Shown in pieces: positions 1 through 8,433 of a stretch of 64,000 nucleotides of DNA. This stretch comes from a virus. Lineage: Duplodnaviria > Caudoviricetes. The stretch lies in the IMG/VR virus record IMGVR_UViG_2934470325_000001, positions 32,001 to 96,000 of that record, one strand, 5' to 3'. The first letter of the stretch is position 1. The number at the start of each line of letters is the position of its first letter. The notes under the pieces were generated by a model. The model was not told the origin of the DNA and ran no database searches. It worked only from the letters and a program-made list of their open reading frames with translations. Both the position numbers and the translations under genes were made by a program.

Positions 1-2
1 CC

Positions 3-125
3 GCCCTCATGTGGGCGCTCGCCGCCGGCTGCGCCGTCTCCGTGATCGCGCTGATCGTGCTGCTCACCCTCACCGCCCGGGAGGGCCGCCGCTGGACCTA
101 CCCCACCGACCCCGACCAGCCGTGA
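3..125 (+). CDS. 3' end of a small membrane protein (partial)
   Basis: Frame reads ALMWALAAGCAVSVIALIVLLTLTAREGRRWTYPTDPDQP*; hydrophobic helix; not in the ORF track. Confidence 0.5.
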   Translation, partial: ALMWALAAGCAVSVIALIVLLTLTAREGRRWTYPTDPDQP

Positions 126-170
126 CCAGCGGAAACGCCCCCAACCCTGCGATGCGCGGAGGAAGCGAAG

Positions 171-293
171 ATGCCCAAGAAGACCCGGCACCCGGTCACC
201 GGCCTCCGCCTCATCCGGCGTATCTGCACCATCGCCGCCGTGGCGTGGCTGGCCGTTTTCGCCCTCGGCTTCTGCGCGGCGGTGACGTCGTGA
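171..293 (+). CDS. 40-aa membrane peptide
   Basis: GGAGGAAG RBS before ATG 171; MPKKTRHPVTGLRLIRRICTIAAVAWLAVFALGFCAAVTS*; stop overlaps next GTG (GTGA). Confidence 0.65.
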   Translation: MPKKTRHPVTGLRLIRRICTIAAVAWLAVFALGFCAAVTS

Positions 294-799
294 CCGTCAC
301 TGACAGTCGACGTAAGCCGGCCCCGTACCCGCGCCCCGACACCGCCCCGAATGTCACGGAGCGTGTAGCTGAAACCTGCAATGCAGCACCCATGGTGCCC
401 CCCGTTGAGCGCGAAACCGCCCCCGGGAAGCCGTCAACCCTGCACTCTGCAATCACCTTCGGTAGCCGCATCGTGGAGGGGGTGCGCCGCTACTGGACGC
501 TACCGCCGCTGCTCACCGATCAGCCGCCCACCATCGACCAGATGACCGAATACGCCCGCCGCGCCTCCTACACCAGCAAGACCGGTGTGCGCCGCGCCTG
601 CGGTGTCACCTGGTGCTACCTGGCGGCCATCCCCAACACGGTCGCCGCCCGCGTGTGGTCGGCCCTGTGGGAGCGGCCCGGCCGCATCGCCCTCATCCTC
701 GCCGTCGTCAAGCTCCTCAGCTTCACCCAGCCGGTCGGCTGGACCGTCGACCACCTGCTCGTCCCGGCCACGCGCGCCGCGCTGTGGCTGTTCCTCTAA
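290..799 (+). CDS. Membrane protein, Spd-like position in transfer operon
   Basis: GTG 290 within ORF 11..799 coupled to upstream stop; hydrophobic C-terminal segments. Confidence 0.7.
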   Translation: MTVTDSRRKPAPYPRPDTAPNVTERVAETCNAAPMVPPVERETAPGKPSTLHSAITFGSRIVEGVRRYWTLPPLLTDQPPTIDQMTEYARRASYTSKTGVRRACGVTWCYLAAIPNTVAARVWSALWERPGRIALILAVVKLLSFTQPVGWTVDHLLVPATRAALWLFL

Positions 800-819
800 C
801 CGCCGGAAGGAGAACCACC

Positions 820-1287
820 ATGGCGCGAAACATCAAGAGCACCATCCGCCCCAAGGGCGTCAAAGCCCTCGCCTGGACGTCGTTCGGCACCGCCTTCGTC
901 GGCGGCCCCCTCGTCGCCGGCATGTTCGTCGGTGACGCCATCAACACCGTCCTGGAGGCCATCCCGTGGGGGTGGATCCCCCCGGCGGTGCTGTTCCTCC
1001 TCGCCGTCATCTTCGTTCGGGACCTCGTCGTGGACTGGGAGCCGAACCGGCAGGCCATCTGGAGTCTCCTGCTCGCCCCGTCCGTCGCCCGCGCTGTCCC
1101 CGGCGAGCTGGGCGACCGCATCGACGAGTGGACCAGCGCAGCCCTCAACGTGATCTCCGGGCCGCTGCGGGAGTGGCTGGGCACCGGCTCCCCGATCGCC
1201 CTCGCCGTCGCCGTCGGCGGTGCGGCGATCCTGTTGGCGCAGCGGTCCATCAAGGCCAGCGGCGGCCAGCACGCGATGGGCATGTGA
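820..1287 (+). CDS. Multi-pass membrane protein
   Basis: AAGGAGA RBS, ATG 820; about four hydrophobic helices. Confidence 0.8.
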   Translation: MARNIKSTIRPKGVKALAWTSFGTAFVGGPLVAGMFVGDAINTVLEAIPWGWIPPAVLFLLAVIFVRDLVVDWEPNRQAIWSLLLAPSVARAVPGELGDRIDEWTSAALNVISGPLREWLGTGSPIALAVAVGGAAILLAQRSIKASGGQHAMGM

Positions 1288-1288
1288 C

Positions 1289-2677
1289 GTGGAACCGATC
1301 ACCGTCATGATCCTCGCCGCGCTCATCACGAAGGTGGTGACGACGCACCGGGAGGACATGGAGTACGCCCGCCACGGCCAAGAGTCACCCCGCTACAAGA
1401 TGAAGCTGGCGAAGCTCGCAGCCGCCCAGAAGGCAGGCGGGGCCGGCGGTAGGGCACCGGTCAAGCCCGGGGCGTCCGGCTACATGCAGGAGTTGTGGCG
1501 TGACGCGTGGGACGACCTCACCGAGCACCGCCGCCGGCAGAGGGAAACCCGCAACGCCGGCAAAAGGCAGCAGCATGAGGAGTCGCTGCGGGACTGGTCG
1601 AAGCGCAGCCTCAACACCCGCCCCGACGGACGACCGGTCGACGACATGATCGACGTGGCCGGCGTGCGACCCGGCAAGGCCGAGAAGGGCGGGCGGATCC
1701 CGCAGCCCCCTACACCCGAACCGTCGGCGGACGTCGTCCACGACGCCGAATGGCCGCCACCCGCCGACCCCGACGACGCGGGCGGGTTTCGCCGCGACAA
1801 GCGGCTCGTCGCCTGCGGCCACTGCGGCACCTCCGTCTCCGCCGGCTACCGGCGCACCCGCACCGTCAACGGCGACAGGCGGAAGGTGTGCGCCCCCTGC
1901 GCCGAACGCATCGACCACGGCGACCTGACCGTGCCAGCCGGCATCACGCAGCACAGCGACATCGGCTGCTCCGTGTGCGGGCAGCACCGCGACGACCCGT
2001 GGTGCGAGCATCGGAAGGCCGCCTACCAGCGGTTGCAGGAAGCCGTGCAAGGCGCGCTCAACGCCGAGAAGAACCCGCCCGCCGACGACGCCCCCGACAA
2101 GTGCAACCGCTGCCCCTACGGGCGGATCACCGGCACCCGACCGTGGCCCGGATCCGACGGGTCCAGCCCCGACGCCGACCAACTGTGCAACCGCTGCGGG
2201 TGGCTGTCCTCCCACATGTCCGGCAAGACGTGGGACCAGTGGAGCGCCGAACTGAACCAGACCGCCAACCCCTCACCGTGGCCTCCGCCGCAGCCCGACC
2301 CGAAACCCGCCGACCCCATCGACGTCGACCCCACCCCCAACAACGTGATTCCCCTGTTCCCCAACGCGAAGGAGACCGTCATGACCGCCAACGCTGAGGC
2401 CACCGGCCTTCCCACCGCCATCGCCTACGCCGAGGCCGCCGCGCAGGCCCACGACGCGTTCGCCACCGCAGGCAGTGAGGGCTACACCAGTGCCCTCGCC
2501 AGCTTCGAGGTCGGCTCGGAAGGGCTCGACTCCGCCCGCGCGGCGCAGGAGGCGTCCACCAACGCCGCCGCCGCGTGGCGGGTCCACCACGAGACGCTCG
2601 TCAAGCAGATGGCCGGGCGAGAGTTCTACCAGTCCAACCCGGACGCCGGCAACAAGGCGTTCCTGTCCGGCGAGTAA
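1289..2677 (+). CDS. Membrane-anchored protein with several CxxC Zn-finger motifs and an Ala-rich helical C-terminal domain
   Basis: GTG 1289 just after upstream stop; N-terminal hydrophobic stretch; CGHC/CAPC, CSVC, CNRC/CNRC; in-frame ATG 2381 with its own AAGGAGA RBS. Confidence 0.75.
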   Translation: MEPITVMILAALITKVVTTHREDMEYARHGQESPRYKMKLAKLAAAQKAGGAGGRAPVKPGASGYMQELWRDAWDDLTEHRRRQRETRNAGKRQQHEESLRDWSKRSLNTRPDGRPVDDMIDVAGVRPGKAEKGGRIPQPPTPEPSADVVHDAEWPPPADPDDAGGFRRDKRLVACGHCGTSVSAGYRRTRTVNGDRRKVCAPCAERIDHGDLTVPAGITQHSDIGCSVCGQHRDDPWCEHRKAAYQRLQEAVQGALNAEKNPPADDAPDKCNRCPYGRITGTRPWPGSDGSSPDADQLCNRCGWLSSHMSGKTWDQWSAELNQTANPSPWPPPQPDPKPADPIDVDPTPNNVIPLFPNAKETVMTANAEATGLPTAIAYAEAAAQAHDAFATAGSEGYTSALASFEVGSEGLDSARAAQEASTNAAAAWRVHHETLVKQMAGREFYQSNPDAGNKAFLSGE

Positions 2678-2760
2678 CCCCGGCTCCCGCCGTGCAGCGC
2701 AGGCCCTCCCGTGGTCTGCGCCGTGCGGTGGAAGCCGGGACACCCCGAAGGAGAACCAAC

Positions 2761-4773
2761 ATGATCGACGTTGCTGAGGTGTCCGCAGACGGCACCACCA
2801 CCGCCAGTAAGCCGGCCACCCCGCCGCCGGCACGCGACCTCACCCTGAAAGGCATACGCCGGGCCCGCCGCACCCCCCACGTCGCGGTCGGCCTCCTCGT
2901 CGTCTCCGCCGCCGCCACCAGCACCCTCGCCCACTACACCGGCGAGGAAGCGCAGGTAGCCGCCTGGACGGCCGTGGTCGCATTCGTCGCCGCCGTCGTG
3001 GTCGCCACGCAAGCCCGCCGCCGTGTCTTCGACAAGAAGGCCGTCCGCCGCGCCTACGCGTTCTGCGCGGTCGCTGTCGTGTGGTTGACCACCGTCACCG
3101 CGACCAGCCTCACCCTCGGCGCAGTCGGCATCCTCACCGCCGTCGGCTACAGCCTCGCCGTGCACTGGTGGCGCACCAACCCCCTACCCATCACCGGTGC
3201 CAGCACGACGTCCAGCAGCCTGTACGCCGACCTGTGGGCCGAGAACGTCGGATGCTCCGACGGTGCCCTACCCGGCACCACCCTCACCGACCCGCATGGC
3301 ATCAAAGCCGGCGTGCGGTACGCGCTGCGTCTGCGCCCCGGCAAGCAAACCCTCGACATGGTGATGGCGGCAGTCGGGAAGATTCGGGGCGGTCTGTTCC
3401 TGCGCCGCGACCAGGAACTCATCGTGGAACCCCACCCCACCCTCCCCGAACCGCACCTGCTCCTCACCGTCGTCACCCGCTCCCCGATCCGCGAATCCGT
3501 CGTCCACCCCGGCGCGTCCGCGTTCGATCCGGCCACCGGCCGTGTCGCCCTCGGCCCGTTCGCCGACGGTGAAGGCGTCGCCACATGGAAGGCGTACTCC
3601 GACAACCGGCTGTGGGGTGGTTTCATCCAGGGCGGCACCGGGTCCGGCAAGTCCCGCATGGTCGAATCCATCGCCCTCGCCCTCGCGGCGTCCACCACCC
3701 ACCCCACCGTCATCCTGTACGGCGACGGTCAGGGCGGCGCATCGTCGCCGCTGCTCATGAACCACGCCGACGTGAAAGCCCGCACCCACGACCAGATCCT
3801 CGCCGTCCTCGAAGGGCTGCACCTGGTGGTGCTGCTGCGGCAGGACGAAAACGCGGTCAACGGCGCGGAAGGGTTCACGCCCACCGAAGACCGGCCCGGC
3901 CTGCTGTTCGTCCTCGACGAATGCCACAAGCCGCTGTCGAAGCTGGAGAACCCCGCCAACTGGGAACGCATCCAATACCTGATCGCCACGATCGCCCGGG
4001 AAGGCGGCAAGGTCGGTGTGGCGGCGCTGCTGGCCTCCCAGCAGACCACCCTCGACGTGTTCGGCGGGGCGGGCAGCCCCAACGCTGAGGCGATCCGCAC
4101 GAACCTCCTCGCCGGCAACGGCGTCATGCTCCGCTCCAAAGACCCCAACGCCAAGACAATCTTCGGTGTGGAAGTCAACCCGAAGAAGTTCCCGCCGCTC
4201 GCCGGCTACGGCTTCCTCGTCGACTCCGACCCGTCCGCACGGTCCGCACCGTTTCGGGGCTACTACGTGACCGACCGGATCCGCGACGAGTGGCCCGGCC
4301 AGATCGTGTGGCGGTCCCTCGACCCGGGTGCCGCTGCCGCGTGGGGCCGCGACTACGAGCGCCGCGACGAGATCGCCGCCGAAGCGTTGGAGGCTGTCCG
4401 CCGCCGGCTCGCCGCACGCCGCGCAGGCCAGCACGCCACCCCCGCCCCCACCAAGCCGGCCAACGGCGATGTCGGCACCGGCCCCGTCGCCCCCTCGACT
4501 GGCCGGTTTCCATCGTGGAAGACGATGCTGGCCGCCGCCCAGCAGCAGGCCCAGCAAACGCAGAAGGCGAAGCCGCTGCACGACGGGCATCGGCGGGTCC
4601 TCGCCGCCATCCACGACGGGCACACCACCCCGAAAACCATCGTCGCCGCCACCGACTATTCGGAGCGGCAGGTGTACAACCTGCTCAACGACCTTGCCGA
4701 CAACCACGGCCTAATCCGTAAGCAGGGCCACGGACAGTATGTGCTCACCGACGGACGGCAGGTGGCTGCCTGA
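2761..4773 (+). CDS. traB: TraB-like FtsK/SpoIIIE-family DNA translocase
   Basis: GAAGGAGA RBS, ATG 2761; about four N-terminal TM helices; Walker A GGTGSGKS; Walker B LLFVLDECH; ASQ motif; C-terminal winged helix (TTPKTIVAATDYSERQVYNLLNDL...GQY). Confidence 0.8.
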   Translation: MIDVAEVSADGTTTASKPATPPPARDLTLKGIRRARRTPHVAVGLLVVSAAATSTLAHYTGEEAQVAAWTAVVAFVAAVVVATQARRRVFDKKAVRRAYAFCAVAVVWLTTVTATSLTLGAVGILTAVGYSLAVHWWRTNPLPITGASTTSSSLYADLWAENVGCSDGALPGTTLTDPHGIKAGVRYALRLRPGKQTLDMVMAAVGKIRGGLFLRRDQELIVEPHPTLPEPHLLLTVVTRSPIRESVVHPGASAFDPATGRVALGPFADGEGVATWKAYSDNRLWGGFIQGGTGSGKSRMVESIALALAASTTHPTVILYGDGQGGASSPLLMNHADVKARTHDQILAVLEGLHLVVLLRQDENAVNGAEGFTPTEDRPGLLFVLDECHKPLSKLENPANWERIQYLIATIAREGGKVGVAALLASQQTTLDVFGGAGSPNAEAIRTNLLAGNGVMLRSKDPNAKTIFGVEVNPKKFPPLAGYGFLVDSDPSARSAPFRGYYVTDRIRDEWPGQIVWRSLDPGAAAAWGRDYERRDEIAAEALEAVRRRLAARRAGQHATPAPTKPANGDVGTGPVAPSTGRFPSWKTMLAAAQQQAQQTQKAKPLHDGHRRVLAAIHDGHTTPKTIVAATDYSERQVYNLLNDLADNHGLIRKQGHGQYVLTDGRQVAA

Positions 4774-5498
4774 TGTCGACCCCGGTCCGCCGGATCCCAG
4801 GCCCGCGCCGCCCTACCAACCTCGCGCGACCAGGCCGCATCTACGTGATCCTCACCCGGCCCGTCGACCAGCAGGGTCAGGTGCTGCCCGGCCCGCCGAA
4901 GGTCGGCTACATCGGGCAGACCCGACAGCAGGTGTGGCAGCGCGCCGACCAGCACCTCGCCGAACAGCCATTCGGGGACCTGATCGTGGACGTGCTGCTA
5001 CTCGACCAAGGCACCTGGACGGACGCCCAGTTGGACGACCGGGAGGGGATGTGGATCCGCGCCGGTGTGTCCGTGGGTGGCAGGCCAGTCCAGCGGCCCC
5101 GCTACAACTATCTGTGCAACCTGGAGAACCCGGATCGGATCGAGATCTTCCGCGCCGTGCAGCACCGGCAGCACCGGGAGCCGGGCTGGCAGCCGCCGCC
5201 GAAGGGCGCGCGGATCCCCACCCAACGCAGGGCCGCGTCCACGGTCCGGCCGCGCCGGGTGTCGCCGCTGTCCCGCTGGTGGGGCCGCCACCGTTGGCAG
5301 GTGGTGTTGTGGGCGTCCGTGTGGGTGCTCCTGTTCGCGGGCGCGTGGTGGGCTGGCGCTGACACATGGTCCGGGTGGGCGGAGACCCGCAACGCTGCCG
5401 TAGCCGCCACCGTGGCCACCGCAGCCATCGGGTGGCGCAGGTGGAAGCTAGCCGGGACGAGACGCCGCCGGTCGAAGCGCCGGGGGCGTCGCCGGTGA
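4773..5498 (+). CDS. GIY-YIG-like nuclease domain with two C-terminal TM helices
   Basis: GRIYVI...VGYIGQT..QRADQH, E-x-x-W-I and P-R-Y-N elements of the GIY-YIG fold; hydrophobic C-terminus with Arg-rich tail; TGATG coupling to traB. Confidence 0.7.
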   Translation: MSTPVRRIPGPRRPTNLARPGRIYVILTRPVDQQGQVLPGPPKVGYIGQTRQQVWQRADQHLAEQPFGDLIVDVLLLDQGTWTDAQLDDREGMWIRAGVSVGGRPVQRPRYNYLCNLENPDRIEIFRAVQHRQHREPGWQPPPKGARIPTQRRAASTVRPRRVSPLSRWWGRHRWQVVLWASVWVLLFAGAWWAGADTWSGWAETRNAAVAATVATAAIGWRRWKLAGTRRRRSKRRGRRR

Positions 5499-5737
5499 AA
5501 TGGTGCTGGGAGGCATACGACAGGGCCGGTGTCCGCCGCATCGCCGGCACCCTCACCGACCCGTGGGCCGACACCCCGAGCGGGGCAGCCGAGCTGGGCA
5601 TGGCGCACCTGATGGTGAAGGTCCGGCCGGAGTTTCGGCGGCTGCGCGGGTGGCGTGTGCGCGCGTGGGATGACCTGGTGGGGGAGGCGTGGGTGGACGC
5701 CGATGAATGGTTGCACGCTCACACCGCAGGCAGGTAG
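5495..5737 (+). CDS. Small Trp-rich hypothetical protein
   Basis: GTGA overlap with upstream stop; VKWCWEAYDRAG... Confidence 0.65.
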   Translation: MKWCWEAYDRAGVRRIAGTLTDPWADTPSGAAELGMAHLMVKVRPEFRRLRGWRVRAWDDLVGEAWVDADEWLHAHTAGR

Positions 5738-5795
5738 ACGCGACGAAGCGGCCCCGCCCTCCACGATGGGGGAGCGGGGCCGCTTTGCGTCTACC
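5733..5795. terminator. Bidirectional intrinsic terminator between convergent genes
   Basis: GGTAGACGC..AAGCGGCCCCGC / GCGGGGCCGCTT..GCGTCTACC inverted repeat. Confidence 0.85.
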
Positions 5796-5797
5796 AG

Positions 5798-6997
5798 TCA
5801 GCCTGCCCGTGCGGCCAACTCCCGCACCATGCCGCGCCCACGCTCCACGACCGGCACCGCATCCACCACCCGCGCTGTCGTGAACCGCACCAGCTCGTTG
5901 TGGTGGGCCGCCGGCAGTGCGTCGAGCACGTCCCCGGCGTACTTGATCCCGCCCGACACATCCCCGCCCCGCACCATCCCGGCAGCCCTGTGCAACTGCA
6001 CCTGCGACCGCAACCGAATCTGCCGCTCCGGATACAACGCCATCGCCCGATCCTGCGCCGCCTCAGCCTCCCGCAGCCGGCCCGCGTGCGTGAACACCCA
6101 CGAGCGGGTGTGCTCCGTCCGCACCTCAGACCACCCCCACAACGATGTGCCGTCCGGGGTGCCCTCCGGCAACCGGTCAGCCATGCCCGTCAGCCGGTTG
6201 ACCGCCCCCACCGCCTCGGCGTGCCGGCCCGCCAGCGACAGCGCTTGTGCCTGCCCGGCCAGCAGTTGACAGCCGGCCACCGACGGGGCACCCACCGGCG
6301 GCAGACCATCCACCGACGCCGGCAAAGCTGCGACGGTCCGCCCGTCATAGCACCCGTTGACGGTGTCCCACGCCCTGACCCACCGCTGCACACCAGCATC
6401 CGCAGACAGGTCAGCCATGTTCCGCGCAGATGCCCACCATCTGCGGGCCGACACCTGCTCACCCGCAGACACCATCTCCAGAGCGACCAGCGTCGACAGC
6501 AGCCCGGCCACACCCAGCAGCCGCTGACGGTGCTGCCCGTCCGTGGCCGCGATCTGATGCCCGAGCACGTCCAGGTCAGCGCGCAGGCTCGCCATCAGCC
6601 TGTCGGCCGGCAGCCGGTAGTAGTCCACGCCGTATCCGGCGACGATGCTCGTCCACTCGTCGATGTCCGCCGCCGCGCCCAGGCCGTGCCGTAGCGCCTC
6701 CCACCCCGTCAGCCGGTCCACTGCCGGGACCGCCGCCAGCGCCCCCATGGCTTGCAAAACTCTGCGTCTGCGCATGTCTGTGTCGCCTGCCCGTCTACTC
6801 GCGTACGCCCCTGTCAGCGCCCCACCCGCCTCAAGCGCATTGTCGTATGCGGCAACGACTTCTGTCGATGCGGGCCGGTTGCCTCGCTCGACCTGACCGA
6901 GGTACCCGAAGTCGTAGCCGATCCGCTCGCCGAACTTCCGCAACGACCAGCCCGCCTGCGTGCGATGCCGCCTCAGTATGTGTCCGAAATCGTCCAT
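5798..6997 (-). CDS. XRE-family HTH regulator with helical (TPR-like) C-terminal domain
   Basis: FGHILRRHRTQAGWSLRKFGERIGYDFGYLGQVERGNR is an XRE HTH; GGGGGA RBS before ATG 6997. Confidence 0.85.
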   Translation of the reverse strand: MDDFGHILRRHRTQAGWSLRKFGERIGYDFGYLGQVERGNRPASTEVVAAYDNALEAGGALTGAYASRRAGDTDMRRRRVLQAMGALAAVPAVDRLTGWEALRHGLGAAADIDEWTSIVAGYGVDYYRLPADRLMASLRADLDVLGHQIAATDGQHRQRLLGVAGLLSTLVALEMVSAGEQVSARRWWASARNMADLSADAGVQRWVRAWDTVNGCYDGRTVAALPASVDGLPPVGAPSVAGCQLLAGQAQALSLAGRHAEAVGAVNRLTGMADRLPEGTPDGTSLWGWSEVRTEHTRSWVFTHAGRLREAEAAQDRAMALYPERQIRLRSQVQLHRAAGMVRGGDVSGGIKYAGDVLDALPAAHHNELVRFTTARVVDAVPVVERGRGMVRELAARAG

Positions 6998-7274
6998 GCT
7001 GTCCCCCCAGCGTGTGGGCAGTTCCGTGGGCCCACTGCTCACCCCTGCCGCACCCCGATTCTATCGATCAGGCTGGACGTGTCGGGACAAGCCCCCGACG
7101 CGTAGAGGCGCGGTAGACCGCAGGCCAGAGGCCGTTGTCTGCCGCTGCCGACGCATGGTGTGGTGGCCGACCGGGACCCCCAGCCCCCAAGGCCACCACA
7201 CCCCAGAATGTCGGGGGTGACCGGTGGGATACGGACAGTCAGGCAACACGCCCCGCGACCGTTTCGAGGACCCG

Positions 7275-7391
7275 ATGCCCGAGCCAGCCGACCCCGCCGA
7301 GGGCGAGCACCTGGACGACGCCCACCCGTTCGCCGCCGGGGTGTCCGGCCGTAGGCCCCGCAACCGCAGCAACCGGTGGCGGCAGCGGTGA
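7275..7391 (+). CDS. 38-aa hypothetical peptide
   Basis: GAGGA RBS, ATG 7275, MPEPADPAEGEHLDDAHPFAAG...; GTGA overlap with next gene. Confidence 0.4.
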   Translation: MPEPADPAEGEHLDDAHPFAAGVSGRRPRNRSNRWRQR

Positions 7392-7600
7392 GCATCAGCA
7401 AGCCCGACCCAGCAGTCATCGCCGGCTGGTGGGAGAGGTATCACGCCCATGCGCTACGCGATGGGCGCTGCCCCGTCTGCGACGTGCCGCGACGCTGCCG
7501 AGAGTGGGCCAACGCTCGCGGCGACCTGATCGCCCACGGGCTGCTCGCGGCCGACGGCGGACCCGTCGAGACGGGCGATGGGGAAGCGCCCCGCACCTGA
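7388..7600 (+). CDS. Small His/Cys metal-binding protein divergent from the XRE regulator
   Basis: H-x-H..GRCPVC..C motif; followed by a hairpin. Confidence 0.65.
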   Translation: MSISKPDPAVIAGWWERYHAHALRDGRCPVCDVPRRCREWANARGDLIAHGLLAADGGPVETGDGEAPRT

Positions 7601-7612
7601 CCTCGGGCATGC

Positions 7613-7652
7613 GAAAACGCCCCCGCCGGCCGAAGCCATGGCGGGGGCGTTC
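7613..7652. terminator. Hairpin terminator between convergent genes
   Basis: AACGCCCCCGCC...GGCGGGGGCGTT inverted repeat. Confidence 0.75.
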
Positions 7653-7678
7653 CTGTGTGGGGTCAGGAATGCGCGTTC

Positions 7679-7951
7679 CTAGTCGCTCGGTTCCGTCGCC
7701 TTGGTCTTGGTGCCGCCGGTGATCCCTCGGGCGATCTGGGAGGCGCGGGCCGGGTGCAGTTGGAGTAGTTCGCCGACCTGGTCCCAGGTGCGGCCCTCTT
7801 TGAGGGTGGTGACGGCTTCTGCGCGCGCGGCCCGCAGGTCGCTTTGGAGGGTGGGGATCGCGGCGAGGGCTGCGCCGAGGGCGATGGCGCGTTCTGCGGG
7901 GTCGTCGGGGAGGCCGTTGTGGAGGGCGGCGATGGCGGGCGGGAGTTTCAT
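7679..7951 (-). CDS. Small HTH DNA-binding protein (probable repressor of the adjacent divergent promoter)
   Basis: GRTWDQVGELLQLHPARASQIARG HTH; TAACCT -10 six nt upstream of ATG (leaderless). Confidence 0.8.
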   Translation of the reverse strand: MKLPPAIAALHNGLPDDPAERAIALGAALAAIPTLQSDLRAARAEAVTTLKEGRTWDQVGELLQLHPARASQIARGITGGTKTKATEPSD

Positions 7952-7957
7952 GGGCTC

Positions 7958-8027
7958 AGGTTAGTGGGTGCCCCTCGACTTCTCTAGTGGGCACCCCCTT
8001 GCGCCGTTAGTGGGTACCCACTATGCT
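7958..8027. promoter_or_regulatory. Divergent promoters with three operator repeats at 23-bp period
   Basis: TAGTGGGTGCCCCT (7962), TAGTGGGCACCCCCT (7985), perfect palindrome TAGTGGGTACCCACTA (8008-8023); + strand TTGCGC(7999)-17bp-TATGCT(8022). Confidence 0.85.
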
Positions 8028-8062
8028 TTAGGTGTAGGCAGGAACGAGCAGGGGAGACGGAC

Positions 8063-8362
8063 ATGGCGAACACGGTGACCATCGAGCGGCTGACCATCGA
8101 CGACATCACCAGCCGGATCCGCCGCGCCTACGGGGTGCACACCACCCAGACCTACCGGGGTGCGTGGATGAGCCTGAGCAACCTGGCCGAGCGCGTCGAC
8201 CTCACCTTCAACGAGATCAAGGCCGGCGTCCTCCACCTCGCCCAGACCGACCGCCAGTGCGTGATCGCCCCCGAGAGCAACCAGCGCACCCTCACCGGCC
8301 TGGACCGCGAGCTGGCGGTGCGGTACGGCGGCCAGGACAACCACCTCATCTGCTGGAGCTAG
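8063..8362 (+). CDS. Hypothetical protein, possible winged-helix fold
   Basis: GGGGAGA RBS; WMSLSNLAERVDLTFNEIKAGVLHL helix pattern; strong GC3 bias. Confidence 0.8.
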   Translation: MANTVTIERLTIDDITSRIRRAYGVHTTQTYRGAWMSLSNLAERVDLTFNEIKAGVLHLAQTDRQCVIAPESNQRTLTGLDRELAVRYGGQDNHLICWS

Positions 8363-8433
8363 CCGCCCCGGGGTCGGCCACCCGGCCGACCCCCGCCCTA
8401 CCCTCTGACCAGCCCACGACACCGGAGGACACC

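Larger units (their letters stand above)
1..5737 (+). mobile_element. TraB/FtsK-centred transfer-like operon (AICE/actinomycete plasmid-type module), 5' end outside window
   Basis: Co-oriented, closely spaced or overlapping membrane-protein genes around an FtsK/SpoIIIE-like ATPase with C-terminal winged helix; closed by a strong hairpin at 5733-5795. Confidence 0.7.

Noticed and set aside
11-289. 5' extension of ORF 11..799
   Set aside because: Arg/Pro-rich off-frame sequence; two better small membrane ORFs occupy this span and GTG 290 is coupled to one of them.
3268-4707. 479-aa minus-strand ORF
   Set aside because: Antisense shadow of traB caused by high GC3; no motifs.
6690-6780. Tat-like MRRRRVLQAMGALAA segment inside the XRE regulator
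   Set aside because: Internal to a cytoplasmic DNA-binding protein; such segments are common in actinomycete XRE proteins; no evidence of export.
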